DNA from: Actinomycetota bacterium | Lineage (GTDB): Bacteria; Actinomycetota; JAICYB01 | Length of the DNA: 64,000 nt | Assembly: GCA_040905525.1 (NCBI GenBank) | Contig: JBBDRJ010000018.1 | Coordinates: forward strand, 8,512-72,511 | Direction: 5' to 3' | Shown: one piece after another, positions 29,756 to 38,743 of the stretch | Layout of the letters: every line of letters begins with the position of its first letter | Position numbering within the stretch: position 1 is the first letter of the stretch | The notes under the pieces: generated by a model | Database searches by the model: none | Told to the model about the DNA's origin: nothing | What the model saw: the letters and a program-made list of their open reading frames with translations, nothing else | Made by a program: the position numbers and the translations under genes

Positions 29756-30585
29756 GACGCTTCACGCTGGACGAGCGCGGGATGCTCGCGCACGAGCTCG
29801 CCCGGACCGATCGTCTCTTGCTCGCCACGCAGAAGCTCGCTGATGATGCCGCGAGCCTTGTGAAGCGTCTGTTCGAGCGCGGCATGGGATTCCTCGGTCT
29901 TATCTAGCTCGAGGGCCATCTTCGCGACCGTTAGGCCCTGGACGATGTTGTCGCTGATCTCCATCGCCTGCCTCCGGCGCAGATCGGAATCGTGGAGCTT
30001 CGTACGGAAGTTTTCGGCGCGTGAACGTTCGACCTCCGACAGGCGCCAGGACGTGACCATCGCGACGCTGGCTATCAAAACGAAGAATCCGTGCACGGCC
30101 GCCCATTTCCAGGGATTCGCCCAGGCGGCGGGGTGGTTGTAGACGGATTCGGGGCTCAGGATCCCCATCACTCCGTGATGCAGCACGACGTATCCGAGAG
30201 CCACGAGGAACGGGAACCAGTCTTGGTAGAGCGTCAGCACGCCGAGCGCGAAGAAGAAGTGGAAGTGCATCTCGATGGATCCGCCCGAGACATGGACGAG
30301 CACCGCGGAGGCGGTGATCAGCCCGAGCGCTCCCAGCGACGCCCGCACCTTCCGTCGCTTCCAAGGACACGCGGCGAGGATGGCGATGGCTCCGACGATC
30401 GCGGCCTCCTGCACAGCGTGGACGAGCGAGAATCCGCGGAGCCGGGCGAAGACTGCGATGACTATCGCGTGGGCGAACAACAGCCGCACCATCCAACGGT
30501 GGCGGCGGTCCCAGGACTCAGCCGGAAGCGAGCCCCCCTCGGGCAGCATCGTTCGAATACGGGCCAACAGGCCTTGCAAGCGCAC
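29752..30585 (-). CDS. Membrane sensor protein with degenerate HisKA_3-like tail, no ATPase domain
   Basis: Several TM segments with IEMHFHFF..YQDW..VLHHG; tail RRQAMEISDNIVQGL. Confidence 0.75.
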   Translation of the reverse strand: MRLQGLLARIRTMLPEGGSLPAESWDRRHRWMVRLLFAHAIVIAVFARLRGFSLVHAVQEAAIVGAIAILAACPWKRRKVRASLGALGLITASAVLVHVSGGSIEMHFHFFFALGVLTLYQDWFPFLVALGYVVLHHGVMGILSPESVYNHPAAWANPWKWAAVHGFFVLIASVAMVTSWRLSEVERSRAENFRTKLHDSDLRRRQAMEISDNIVQGLTVAKMALELDKTEESHAALEQTLHKARGIISELLRGEQETIGPGELVREHPALVQREAS

Positions 30586-30700
30586 ACCTGGTAATCGATC
30601 ACTGGAGAGCCATCTGGCATGGTCAATCGGGACGGTGCAAAGGCCCCGAAGGGACTAGTCACCGGGTGCGCGCTGCGTACCCGCACGCTAGCTTGGCCGC

Positions 30701-31813
30701 GTGGACACCGACGTTGTCGTGGTCGGAGCGGGCGTCATGGGGCTGGCAACGGCCTGCGAGCTCCAACGCATGGGCGCCGACGTCGTCGTCTTCGAGCAGT
30801 TCGGCGTCGGCACGCGCCGGGGGAGCTCGCACGGAGCTTCTCGTGTCTTCCGGTTGGTCTACGACGATGCCGATTACGTCCGGCTTGCGCAGCGCACCCT
30901 GCCCATGTGGCGCGAGTGCGAGGCGCGGACGGGTCGAACACCTCTTCGGACTACGGGCATGATCGAGTCGGTCCGCGACGCGACGCAGCTGGGGCTCCTG
31001 GGCGAGCTTCACGTCCCGTACGAAGTCCTGGCGTCGGATGAGGCCTCTTCCCGTTTTCCGGGCGTCCGGCTGCCCGGCGAGGTGTTGTACCAGAGCGACG
31101 CGGGAGTGATCTCGGCCGAAGAGACCGTTGCTGCGTTGCGTGAGCCGCTGGCGGATGCCGTTCGCGAAGCCGTCCGCGTCGTCGGTATCAGTGAGTCGAC
31201 TACGTCGGTGACCGTGGCTACCGACGATGGTGAGGTATCGGCCGAGGCGGCCGTGCTGTGCTGCGGAGCGTACGCGCCCGAGCTCTTGCGGGGCGTCGGT
31301 GTACATCTGCCTGTCGTCCCGACCAGGGAGCAGATCGCGTACTTCGCCCCGATAGCCGGCTCGCTCGAAGGTGTTCCGATCATCAATGACCCGGGCGGGG
31401 ATCCTCACGTCTACGGGCTCCCGACGCACGCCCTGGGCGCTTACAAGCTCGCCGAGCACGGAACGGGGCCGGTCATCGATCCGCGCACCGACGACCTCGC
31501 GCCGGACCCGGCCGTCACCGCGCGCCTGACCGAACACGCTCGCAAGTACCTTCCGGGGTTCGAGCCCACGCCGGTCGATGTCGAGGTGTGCATGTACGAG
31601 AACACACCGGACCGGGACTTCGTGATCGACCGCGTTGGGCGAGTCGTCGTGGGGGCCGGGTTCTCGGGACACGGCTTCAAGTTCGCGCCGCTGATCGGCC
31701 CGGTCCTGGCGGAGCTCGCCGTCGGACGCGAGCCCGAATTCCCGCGCGGGCGTTTCGCGCTCGACCGGGTCGCCTTGAAAGCCGACGGCTTCGAGCCCGG
31801 GCCGGCGCGCTAG
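30701..31813 (+). CDS. Monomeric sarcosine oxidase-like FAD oxidoreductase
   Basis: VVGAGVMG, GSSHGASR, CMYENTPD, GFSGHGFKF. Confidence 0.88.
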   Translation: MDTDVVVVGAGVMGLATACELQRMGADVVVFEQFGVGTRRGSSHGASRVFRLVYDDADYVRLAQRTLPMWRECEARTGRTPLRTTGMIESVRDATQLGLLGELHVPYEVLASDEASSRFPGVRLPGEVLYQSDAGVISAEETVAALREPLADAVREAVRVVGISESTTSVTVATDDGEVSAEAAVLCCGAYAPELLRGVGVHLPVVPTREQIAYFAPIAGSLEGVPIINDPGGDPHVYGLPTHALGAYKLAEHGTGPVIDPRTDDLAPDPAVTARLTEHARKYLPGFEPTPVDVEVCMYENTPDRDFVIDRVGRVVVGAGFSGHGFKFAPLIGPVLAELAVGREPEFPRGRFALDRVALKADGFEPGPAR

Positions 31814-32943
31814 GGAAACGGCCAGTAGTACGGCGCGTCGGGGTCCGGCGGCGTGTTCGTCCCCTCGAATCCTTCGAGCATGTCGTAGACGTCCAGCGAG
31901 TCGCGCGGGACGGTCCAGTCGAGGTGGTCGGCGACACCGGCGACCTCGGCGAACGGTCGCAGGAAGGTGAAGTACACATAGGCGCCGGCGTCGATGCGCT
32001 CACGGCGCGTCATCTTCACGATGTCGCGGTACAAGCGCGACTGCGCTTGCTTGGTCGCAGCACGGATCGCGTCGACCTTGTCCAGCGTCACTGGTGCGAG
32101 CGTGCTGTTGTCGGTCGTGAACAACCCGAAGCGTTCGACGTGATCGAGGTAGTTCTCGGGCTTGGTGACGCTCGTCCCCCAGTCGTTGACAGTTACCGCA
32201 TCCATACCGTTCAGGACGAAAGCGGCCGTGAGGTTGTCGTAGGGGAGCCCGGCGGCGATCTCGGACGACCACCAGAAGTCGGAGGCGCCCATCTTGGAAA
32301 AGTCGCGCACGAGGAGGACGCGTCCGTCGCCGAGATCGTACGGGCCGGTGTCGACCATGCCCGAGCGAGTGTCGAAGTACAGAAGGAAGAGATAGGACGT
32401 CAGCGTCGCGTTCATCCTCTTCACGTCGGACCAGCGCTCCGCTTTCACCGGATGTGAAGCGTCGACCAATGCGGCGACCACCTCGTCGGTGTACGGCGTG
32501 CAACGAAAGCCGGCGTCTATGGCTTGCAGATGCTCGTCGCCCCGGAAGCCCTTGGCCGCGCGCCGCCAGAAGTCGAGGACGATCGCCGCGCGCTCGGGCT
32601 CGTGGTCGGGAGTGATCTTTCCGAGAAGGGCGAGGATGTGCCGTCCGTGCAGGAAGATGTTGGCTTGCGACCAGACGTGTACGGAGTCGACCTGGTTGCC
32701 CGGCACCCGCCCTGCAGCGCCGATCTCTTCAGCCGGCATCGCTGCGTCGATAGCCAGCAGCATCTCGGGATGACGGCGATAGCACTCGACGGCTGAGATG
32801 AGGATGTAGGCGCTGATCGGGATGAGCTTGGATTCAAGCGAGGTCCGAAGCTTGGACATCTCCTTCGTGGCCTCGCCGTGGTAGTGAAGCCAGCGGTTGA
32901 TCTCGTCCTTGTCCCACATCGCCGGCATGCGAAGCGCGGTCAT
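31810..32943 (-). CDS. Hypothetical protein (377 aa) coupled to the PEP-utiliser mobile domain gene
   Basis: Protein-like composition; ATG 32943 overlaps the upstream stop (ATGA); no family recognised. Confidence 0.75.
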   Translation of the reverse strand: MTALRMPAMWDKDEINRWLHYHGEATKEMSKLRTSLESKLIPISAYILISAVECYRRHPEMLLAIDAAMPAEEIGAAGRVPGNQVDSVHVWSQANIFLHGRHILALLGKITPDHEPERAAIVLDFWRRAAKGFRGDEHLQAIDAGFRCTPYTDEVVAALVDASHPVKAERWSDVKRMNATLTSYLFLLYFDTRSGMVDTGPYDLGDGRVLLVRDFSKMGASDFWWSSEIAAGLPYDNLTAAFVLNGMDAVTVNDWGTSVTKPENYLDHVERFGLFTTDNSTLAPVTLDKVDAIRAATKQAQSRLYRDIVKMTRRERIDAGAYVYFTFLRPFAEVAGVADHLDWTVPRDSLDVYDMLEGFEGTNTPPDPDAPYYWPFP

Positions 32944-33287
32944 GTGGCGATCCGGACGACGCCCTCGGGACCGGAACAGTCGACCTCGACGTCGGCTCCG
33001 GGCTCCGGCTGTTCGGAAAGGGTCGTCCCCATGACGCACGGGACCTCGTACTCGCGGCTGACGATCCCGATGTGACTAAGAGGTGTCCCGGACAAACAAA
33101 CCACGGCGGTGAGGTCCTCGAAGATCGGGGCCAGAAAGGTCGCACCGGCGTCGGCGACCACGGCGATGACGCCATCGCCGCCTTCGTCCATGAGCGCGAT
33201 GACGTCGTCGGGGGAGTCGAGCGGGCGCCACGGGCCGCGGACGGGGGCAGCGACGAAGACTTTGGTCCCCGCCCCCACGTCACGCAC
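32940..33287 (-). CDS. Stand-alone PEP-utilising enzyme mobile (phosphohistidine swivel) domain
   Basis: GTPLSHIGIVSREYEVPCVMG resembles the SHAAIVAREYGIPAV signature; ends VEVDCSG..GVV. Confidence 0.85.
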   Translation of the reverse strand: MRDVGAGTKVFVAAPVRGPWRPLDSPDDVIALMDEGGDGVIAVVADAGATFLAPIFEDLTAVVCLSGTPLSHIGIVSREYEVPCVMGTTLSEQPEPGADVEVDCSGPEGVVRIAT

Positions 33288-33369
33288 GGCGAGATTCTAA
33301 GCTGGTTGTGCGCGGGGCCGGCACCGGCGAGTAGCGGTTTCTCCGGCTTAGGGGTCACGCTTGAGCCTG

Positions 33370-34278
33370 ATGAACGTTTTCGTCGCCGGAGCGACGGGTG
33401 TGCTCGGGAAGTCGGCTGTAGCAGCCCTCGTGGCCGCGGGTCATAACGTTACGGGCGTTACGCGCACCGAGGAGAAGGCACGCTCGCTGCGCGCTTTGGG
33501 GGCCGAGGTCAGTGCGGTGGACATCTTCGAGCCCACCGCACTGACGAGAGAGATTGACGGACACGACGCGGTCTGCAACTTCGCAACGAGGATCCCTAGA
33601 GCCACCTACTTCTTCCGTTCCGCTTGGAACGAGAACAGCCGGCTGCATCGCGATCTCTCACGGTTGCTGGTCGACGCAGCGATCCAAACGGGAGCGACGC
33701 GGTATCTCCAACATTCCGCGGCCTTCATGTACGCGGACGGCGGCGATCAATGGCTGGACGAAGACTCGACCTTAGCGATGCCGCCGCACGGTCAAGCGCT
33801 GATGGAGGCCGAAGCGAACGCGCGCCGCTTCACCGAGCGGGGCGGCGCGGGCATCGCGATGCGTTTCGGATTCTTCTACGGGCCGGCCGCACCGAGCGCC
33901 CGCGACCTCGCGCGGATCGGCCGTTTGGGCTTCGTTCCCTTCCCGGGCCGAGCGGATGCGTATCTGCCGTGGATACATGCGGACGATCTCGGAACGTCGA
34001 TGGTGGCCGCGCTCTCGGCTCCCGCCGGGACGTACAACGTCTGCGATGACCAGCCACTGACGCGCGCGGATCTGGGGAGAGCACTTGCGGAAGCTTCCCG
34101 TCGCAAGAAGCCGTTGCGCACGGCACCGGCGGTGCTCACGCGGCTGATGGGTAAGCGTTACGACTACATGTCGCGGTCTCAGCGCGTTAGCAACGCCCGG
34201 TTCAAGGAGGTGGCCGGCTGGTCACCAACTTTTCCCAGCTCTCTTCGAAGCTGGCCTTCGGTGACTAGCCGCCTTTGA
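33370..34278 (+). CDS. NAD-dependent epimerase/dehydratase-family protein
   Basis: VFVAGATGVLG, RFGFFYGP, WIHADD, YNVCDD. Confidence 0.88.
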   Translation: MNVFVAGATGVLGKSAVAALVAAGHNVTGVTRTEEKARSLRALGAEVSAVDIFEPTALTREIDGHDAVCNFATRIPRATYFFRSAWNENSRLHRDLSRLLVDAAIQTGATRYLQHSAAFMYADGGDQWLDEDSTLAMPPHGQALMEAEANARRFTERGGAGIAMRFGFFYGPAAPSARDLARIGRLGFVPFPGRADAYLPWIHADDLGTSMVAALSAPAGTYNVCDDQPLTRADLGRALAEASRRKKPLRTAPAVLTRLMGKRYDYMSRSQRVSNARFKEVAGWSPTFPSSLRSWPSVTSRL

Positions 34279-35536
34279 CGGTTCCGACCTTCAGCTCGCG
34301 GAACGGCACTTCTTTGTCGACGCGCGGATCCTGAGGAAGACCGAGCACCCGTTCGCCGAGGATGTTCAGCATCACCTCGTCGGTTCCGCCCGCGATCTTT
34401 CCCGAGCGGGAGCCGAGCAGCGCCATGCTTGCCGACTCGCCGGCGCTTCCGCCCGCTTCCCAGGCCATGCCCGACGCACCAACCAGGCTCGACGACAGCT
34501 CGCTCTGCGCTGCGCCCAGTCGTGCCCCGATGAGCTTGAGCATCGAGAACTCCGGACCCGGGACGGCCTTTCGCGCGGCGATCGCCATGCGCTCGCGCAG
34601 CATAGAGAAGACTCGGTTCTGCACGTAGAGCTCCACCACTCGGTCCCGGTGCTCGCCTTCTTCCCACAATCCGAATTCGCGGGCCAGACGAACGAGCGCG
34701 TTCTCTCCGGTTCCGCGGCGCGAGCCGCCACCGCCGGCGCCGCCGATGGCCATGCGCTCGTTCATCAGCGTCGTCAGCGCAACCTTCCAACCCGAACCGA
34801 TTTCGTCGAGGCGTTGGTCGTCCGGAACGCGCACGTCGTCGAAGAACACCTCGTTGAAGTGAGCCTCGCCGGTGATCTGACGCAGCGGACGCACCGTTAC
34901 CCCCGGCGCGTGCAGGTCGACGAGGAACATCGTCAGACCCTGGTGCTTCGGAAGATCCAGATCGGTCCGGACGATCACCTCGCCCCACTCGCTGTAGTGC
35001 GCGCCCGTCGTCCACACCTTCTGGCCGTTCAGCACCCACTCGTCGCCGAACTTCTCGGCCTTCATCTGCAGACCGGCCACGTCCGAACCGGCGCCCGGCT
35101 CGCTGAACAGCTGCGACCAGATCTCCGAGCCGTTGATGAGGCCCGGCATGAACCGCTTCTTCTGCTCTTCCGTGCCGTGGGTGAAGATCGTCGGCAGGCA
35201 CATTCCCTGGCCGATGTACATCGCGAACGTCGGAAGGACGTAACCCGCGGCCTCGGCGTTGAACGCGGCCTGATGGGCGCGCGTCAGACCTGCGCCTCCG
35301 TATTCCTTGGGGTAGGTGATGCCGGCGAGGCCCCCGTCGGCCAGCTTTCCCTGGAACTCCTTGGCCAAGGCGATGCCGCGCTTCTCTTCTTCCGAGCCCA
35401 TCTCGCCGCCGGGACGCGCCATTCCCTCGGCTCCCGGGGCGCCGCGCTTCACGGCGTTGGCCGCGAGCCACTCGCGCGCTTTTGCGCGGAACTCCTCGAT
35501 GTCTGCGTCCGCCGGTTTCGTTTCCGTTGTCGTCAT
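34265..35536 (-). CDS. Acyl-CoA dehydrogenase (alpha-like; tandem paralog 2)
   Basis: QLFSEPGAGSD, LMNER, IAGGTDE. Confidence 0.93.
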   Translation of the reverse strand: MTTTETKPADADIEEFRAKAREWLAANAVKRGAPGAEGMARPGGEMGSEEEKRGIALAKEFQGKLADGGLAGITYPKEYGGAGLTRAHQAAFNAEAAGYVLPTFAMYIGQGMCLPTIFTHGTEEQKKRFMPGLINGSEIWSQLFSEPGAGSDVAGLQMKAEKFGDEWVLNGQKVWTTGAHYSEWGEVIVRTDLDLPKHQGLTMFLVDLHAPGVTVRPLRQITGEAHFNEVFFDDVRVPDDQRLDEIGSGWKVALTTLMNERMAIGGAGGGGSRRGTGENALVRLAREFGLWEEGEHRDRVVELYVQNRVFSMLRERMAIAARKAVPGPEFSMLKLIGARLGAAQSELSSSLVGASGMAWEAGGSAGESASMALLGSRSGKIAGGTDEVMLNILGERVLGLPQDPRVDKEVPFRELKVGTVKGG

Positions 35537-35539
35537 TAT

Positions 35540-36832
35540 CTAGCCGCCTTTGACGTTTCCGACCTTGATCTCCCGGAAGGGAACCTCCTTGTCGACGCGC
35601 GGGTCCTGGGGAAGTCCGAGCACGCGCTCGCCGATGATGTTCAAAAGGATCTCGTCGGTTCCTCCGGCGATCTTGCCCGAACGCGACGCGAGCATCTGCT
35701 GACTCCAGCGGTGCCCAGGGCTTTTCTCATCAGAGGGAGCGCCCGTCGGCGCATCCCAGGCCGTGCCGCCGGCACCGACGAGGTTCACCGCGAGCTCGGT
35801 GATCTTCGAGCCGACGCGGGTTCCCATGAGCTTCATCATCGAGAACTCCGGTCCCGGCGGCTTGCTCTTGGCCTCCTCGGCCATACGGCGGCCGAGCATG
35901 CCGAGCACGCGCTGCTGGATATAGAGGTCCATGACTTTGTCCCGCGACTCGGGATCTTCGAACAGTCCGAGCTCGCGCGCCAGACGGACGATCGCCCCTT
36001 CACCACCGCCGCGACGCTGCGGACCGCCTCCGCCACCGCCGAGCGCCATGCGCTCGTTCATGAGCATGGTGAGAGCAACGCGCCACCCGTCCCCAACGCC
36101 GCCCAGAACTCTGTCCTCTGTCACAGGGACGTCGTCGAAGAACACCTCGTTGAAGTGCGCCTCACCGGTAATCTGACGCAAAGGACGAACCGTCACGCCG
36201 GGCTGCCTCATGTCGACCATGAAGAACGTCAGGCCCTGGTGTTTGGGAAGGTCGGGGTCGGTGCGGAACGGCCCGCCGCCGAAGTCGGCGATCTGCGCGC
36301 CCGAAGTCCACACCTTTTGTCCGTTGAGGATGTACTCGCCGTCGTGGCGCTCGGCCTTCGACTGAAGTCCGGCGAGGTCCGAGCCGGCGCCCGGCTCGCT
36401 GAAGAGCTGGCAGAAGATCCTCTCGTTGCGCAGGACCTTGGGGACCCATTCCTTCTTTTGTTCCTCCGTGCCGTGAGCGAGCAACGTCGGGATGAACAGG
36501 CTGAAGCCGAGCCCGTTGACCGCCGGGATCGCGTACTTCGCGGCCTCCTGCTGGTACACGACCTGGTGCGCGCGCGTCAGTCCTTGCCCGCCGTACTCCT
36601 TCGGGACGGTTATGCCGGCGAAACCGGCGTCGTGGAGCTTCGCTTGGAAGGCGCGGGCGCGCGTGACGTACGCGGCCTCTTCGGGCGAGCCCATATCGTG
36701 GCTCGGCCCCATGACGGCGTCGACGGGATCGGCCCCGCGCTTGGGTGCGTTCTCGGCGAGCCATGCTCTGGCCCGCTCGCGGAACTCTCCGAGGTCGGTC
36801 GATTCCCGCTGCTTGGTTTCCGTCGTCGCCAT
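35540..36832 (-). CDS. Acyl-CoA dehydrogenase (alpha-like; tandem paralog 1)
   Basis: CQLFSEPGAGSDL, LMNER, IAGGTDE; long identical stretches with its neighbour. Confidence 0.93.
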   Translation of the reverse strand: MATTETKQRESTDLGEFRERARAWLAENAPKRGADPVDAVMGPSHDMGSPEEAAYVTRARAFQAKLHDAGFAGITVPKEYGGQGLTRAHQVVYQQEAAKYAIPAVNGLGFSLFIPTLLAHGTEEQKKEWVPKVLRNERIFCQLFSEPGAGSDLAGLQSKAERHDGEYILNGQKVWTSGAQIADFGGGPFRTDPDLPKHQGLTFFMVDMRQPGVTVRPLRQITGEAHFNEVFFDDVPVTEDRVLGGVGDGWRVALTMLMNERMALGGGGGGPQRRGGGEGAIVRLARELGLFEDPESRDKVMDLYIQQRVLGMLGRRMAEEAKSKPPGPEFSMMKLMGTRVGSKITELAVNLVGAGGTAWDAPTGAPSDEKSPGHRWSQQMLASRSGKIAGGTDEILLNIIGERVLGLPQDPRVDKEVPFREIKVGNVKGG

Positions 36833-36866
36833 GTTCTCCCCCCGCTTCTAAGCTACGCCTCGAGCG

Positions 36867-37433
36867 CTAGCCCTTCGTGTCTCGTGCTTCCTGCAAACGA
36901 TCGAACGACTTCCGCGCGGCGCTCCCGCCGCCGGCCGGGATCTCGAAATCCTGCGGGACGTCCGGGTCGTATTCGACATCCATCGCGTTGAGGAAGCGCG
37001 CCGTCATTCCGTAGAAACCCGCGGTGAGAGTGAGCTCGACGATGTGCTGGTCGTTCAGTCCGGCGTCGCGCAGGGTTTCGATGTCGGCATCCGCGACGGT
37101 GTTGTCGTCCACCTTCTGCGCGTAGCTCACTACCGCACGCTCGAGGGGGCCGAGAGCGTCGAGGTCTTTTCGCTTGAGCGCTTCGAGCTCTTCGGGCGAG
37201 GCGCCTACGTCCAGCGCCCACTTCGCATGGTGGCTCCACTCATATGGACAGTCGAGCTTCACGGAGATCGCGTCGATGACGAGCTCGCGCAGCTTCGGTT
37301 CAACCGACGTCTCGCCGAGGATCCGGGAGCCGAGGGACGAGAACCCCTTCGCGGCCGCCGGCGCGTTGTTCATCACGCGGAAGATGTTGACGCCGAGGTT
37401 CTTGCCGGGATCGGTAAACGGTAGGCGCGCCAT
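36867..37433 (-). CDS. Carboxymuconolactone decarboxylase/AhpD-like protein
   Basis: PKLRELVI...CPYEWSHH, LERAVVSYA, IVELTLTAGFY. Confidence 0.85.
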   Translation of the reverse strand: MARLPFTDPGKNLGVNIFRVMNNAPAAAKGFSSLGSRILGETSVEPKLRELVIDAISVKLDCPYEWSHHAKWALDVGASPEELEALKRKDLDALGPLERAVVSYAQKVDDNTVADADIETLRDAGLNDQHIVELTLTAGFYGMTARFLNAMDVEYDPDVPQDFEIPAGGGSAARKSFDRLQEARDTKG

Positions 37434-37482
37434 GGGCTCGGCCAAAACGATACCGATGGGGACAGGTTTTTCCCAATCGCTC

Positions 37483-38640
37483 CTACCGGCCGGGCGGGCG
37501 CAGGTTAAGCGCCAGCTCCAAGAGCTCGGACGGCGCGATGGTTCCGTAGATGCGAACCACCGAATCGTCCTCGGTCTCGCCGCGCACCTCGCTCATGCGT
37601 GCGTCGACGACGATCTCGGCCCGGTCGAAGCCGTTCAGGCGGATGGCTCGCGCAGGACGGTCTTCGGACCTGATGGCCTGGATGAGCGAAGGATCCTGGT
37701 CGACGACCACGAGGTCGGGCCCCCGCGTGTAGACGTCGCTCGTCGATGACGGCGCGACGGTGGGCACACCCGGCTGTTGCTGGGGGCCGGTAGCGGTCGA
37801 TCGAATCACCGCGTACTTACCGCGGTAGTTGAAACCTTCGGGCGTCTCGCGAAGCGACCACAGCTCGTCGGCATCGATCGTTGCAGGATTGACGCGTTGT
37901 ACCGTCCCGCGCACGGGTCCTTCTTGCTCGGGCGCTTCTATCTCGAACAGATCACGATCGATGGACGGGTCGACGTCGACCTCTACCGCGGCCCGGCGGC
38001 GAAGGAACTTTCCGTCCGACGTCCACGCCTCCTCGATCACCAAGCCGTTGCGATCGACGCATACGTCCGCGTATTCGTTGCTGCCGGGCTCGTACTCATC
38101 GAGATCGCCGGCCAGCACCGGACCGCCGGCTCGGTACACCTGGCACACGCGGCCGTATACCTCGCGGCGCTCGCGCAGCTCGATCGTCTCGTCCTCCACC
38201 GATTCGGCCAGCACGGCGTCTATCCGAAGATCGCCGGAGCTCAGGCCGGGTGGGGCGGCGATGTTCAATGGCTGTGCATCCTCGCTCGTCGAAGCGAGCA
38301 CACCGAACGCGCTCTGGCGAAGCGACAGCTCGCGGCGACCGGGCGGGGGACCGGTGAGTGTCACAACTCGGCTCTGAAAGGGGCGGCGCACCCAAACGCG
38401 CTCGGTCGTGACGGTCTTTTCGTCCTGCGCGTAAGTCTCAACCGTGTACACGGCCCGGTAGGACCGCGCGACCTCGGTGATGCGCAACGCGGGGCCGTCA
38501 TCAGAGATGACCTTCGAGCCTTCGCGGTAGTTGACCCGTCCCGACCACCAGATCGCGAACGCGAACACGGCGAAAGAAGCGGCGATGACGAAAGCGAATC
38601 TCCGCAGGCGCCGGCGGCCGGCCTCGTAAGGTGAGCTCAG
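37483..38640 (-). CDS. Membrane-anchored extracytoplasmic protein (possibly LolA/RseB-like beta fold); start uncertain, probably non-canonical
   Basis: REVYGRVCQVY..DVCVDRNGLVIEE pattern; the RRRLRR + TM segment begins upstream of the first GTG (38568). Confidence 0.6.
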   Translation of the reverse strand: MSSPYEAGRRRLRRFAFVIAASFAVFAFAIWWSGRVNYREGSKVISDDGPALRITEVARSYRAVYTVETYAQDEKTVTTERVWVRRPFQSRVVTLTGPPPGRRELSLRQSAFGVLASTSEDAQPLNIAAPPGLSSGDLRIDAVLAESVEDETIELRERREVYGRVCQVYRAGGPVLAGDLDEYEPGSNEYADVCVDRNGLVIEEAWTSDGKFLRRRAAVEVDVDPSIDRDLFEIEAPEQEGPVRGTVQRVNPATIDADELWSLRETPEGFNYRGKYAVIRSTATGPQQQPGVPTVAPSSTSDVYTRGPDLVVVDQDPSLIQAIRSEDRPARAIRLNGFDRAEIVVDARMSEVRGETEDDSVVRIYGTIAPSELLELALNLRPPGR

Positions 38641-38743
38641 GCTGCTCAGGCTACCTATCGAAAGCCCCAGGAGCGGGCTCTAGACGAAATCTGTCCCCGC
38701 GAGTATAGTTTTGGCATAGTCCGGCGATCTCAGGGGGAGAGGC

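Noticed and set aside
34649-36991. 780-aa plus-strand ORF, and similar long ORFs at 1705-3006, 6490-7941, 14559-15923, 48436-49698 and 51885-53036
   Set aside because: Antisense or off-frame shadows of well-supported genes, expected in high-GC DNA; no motifs
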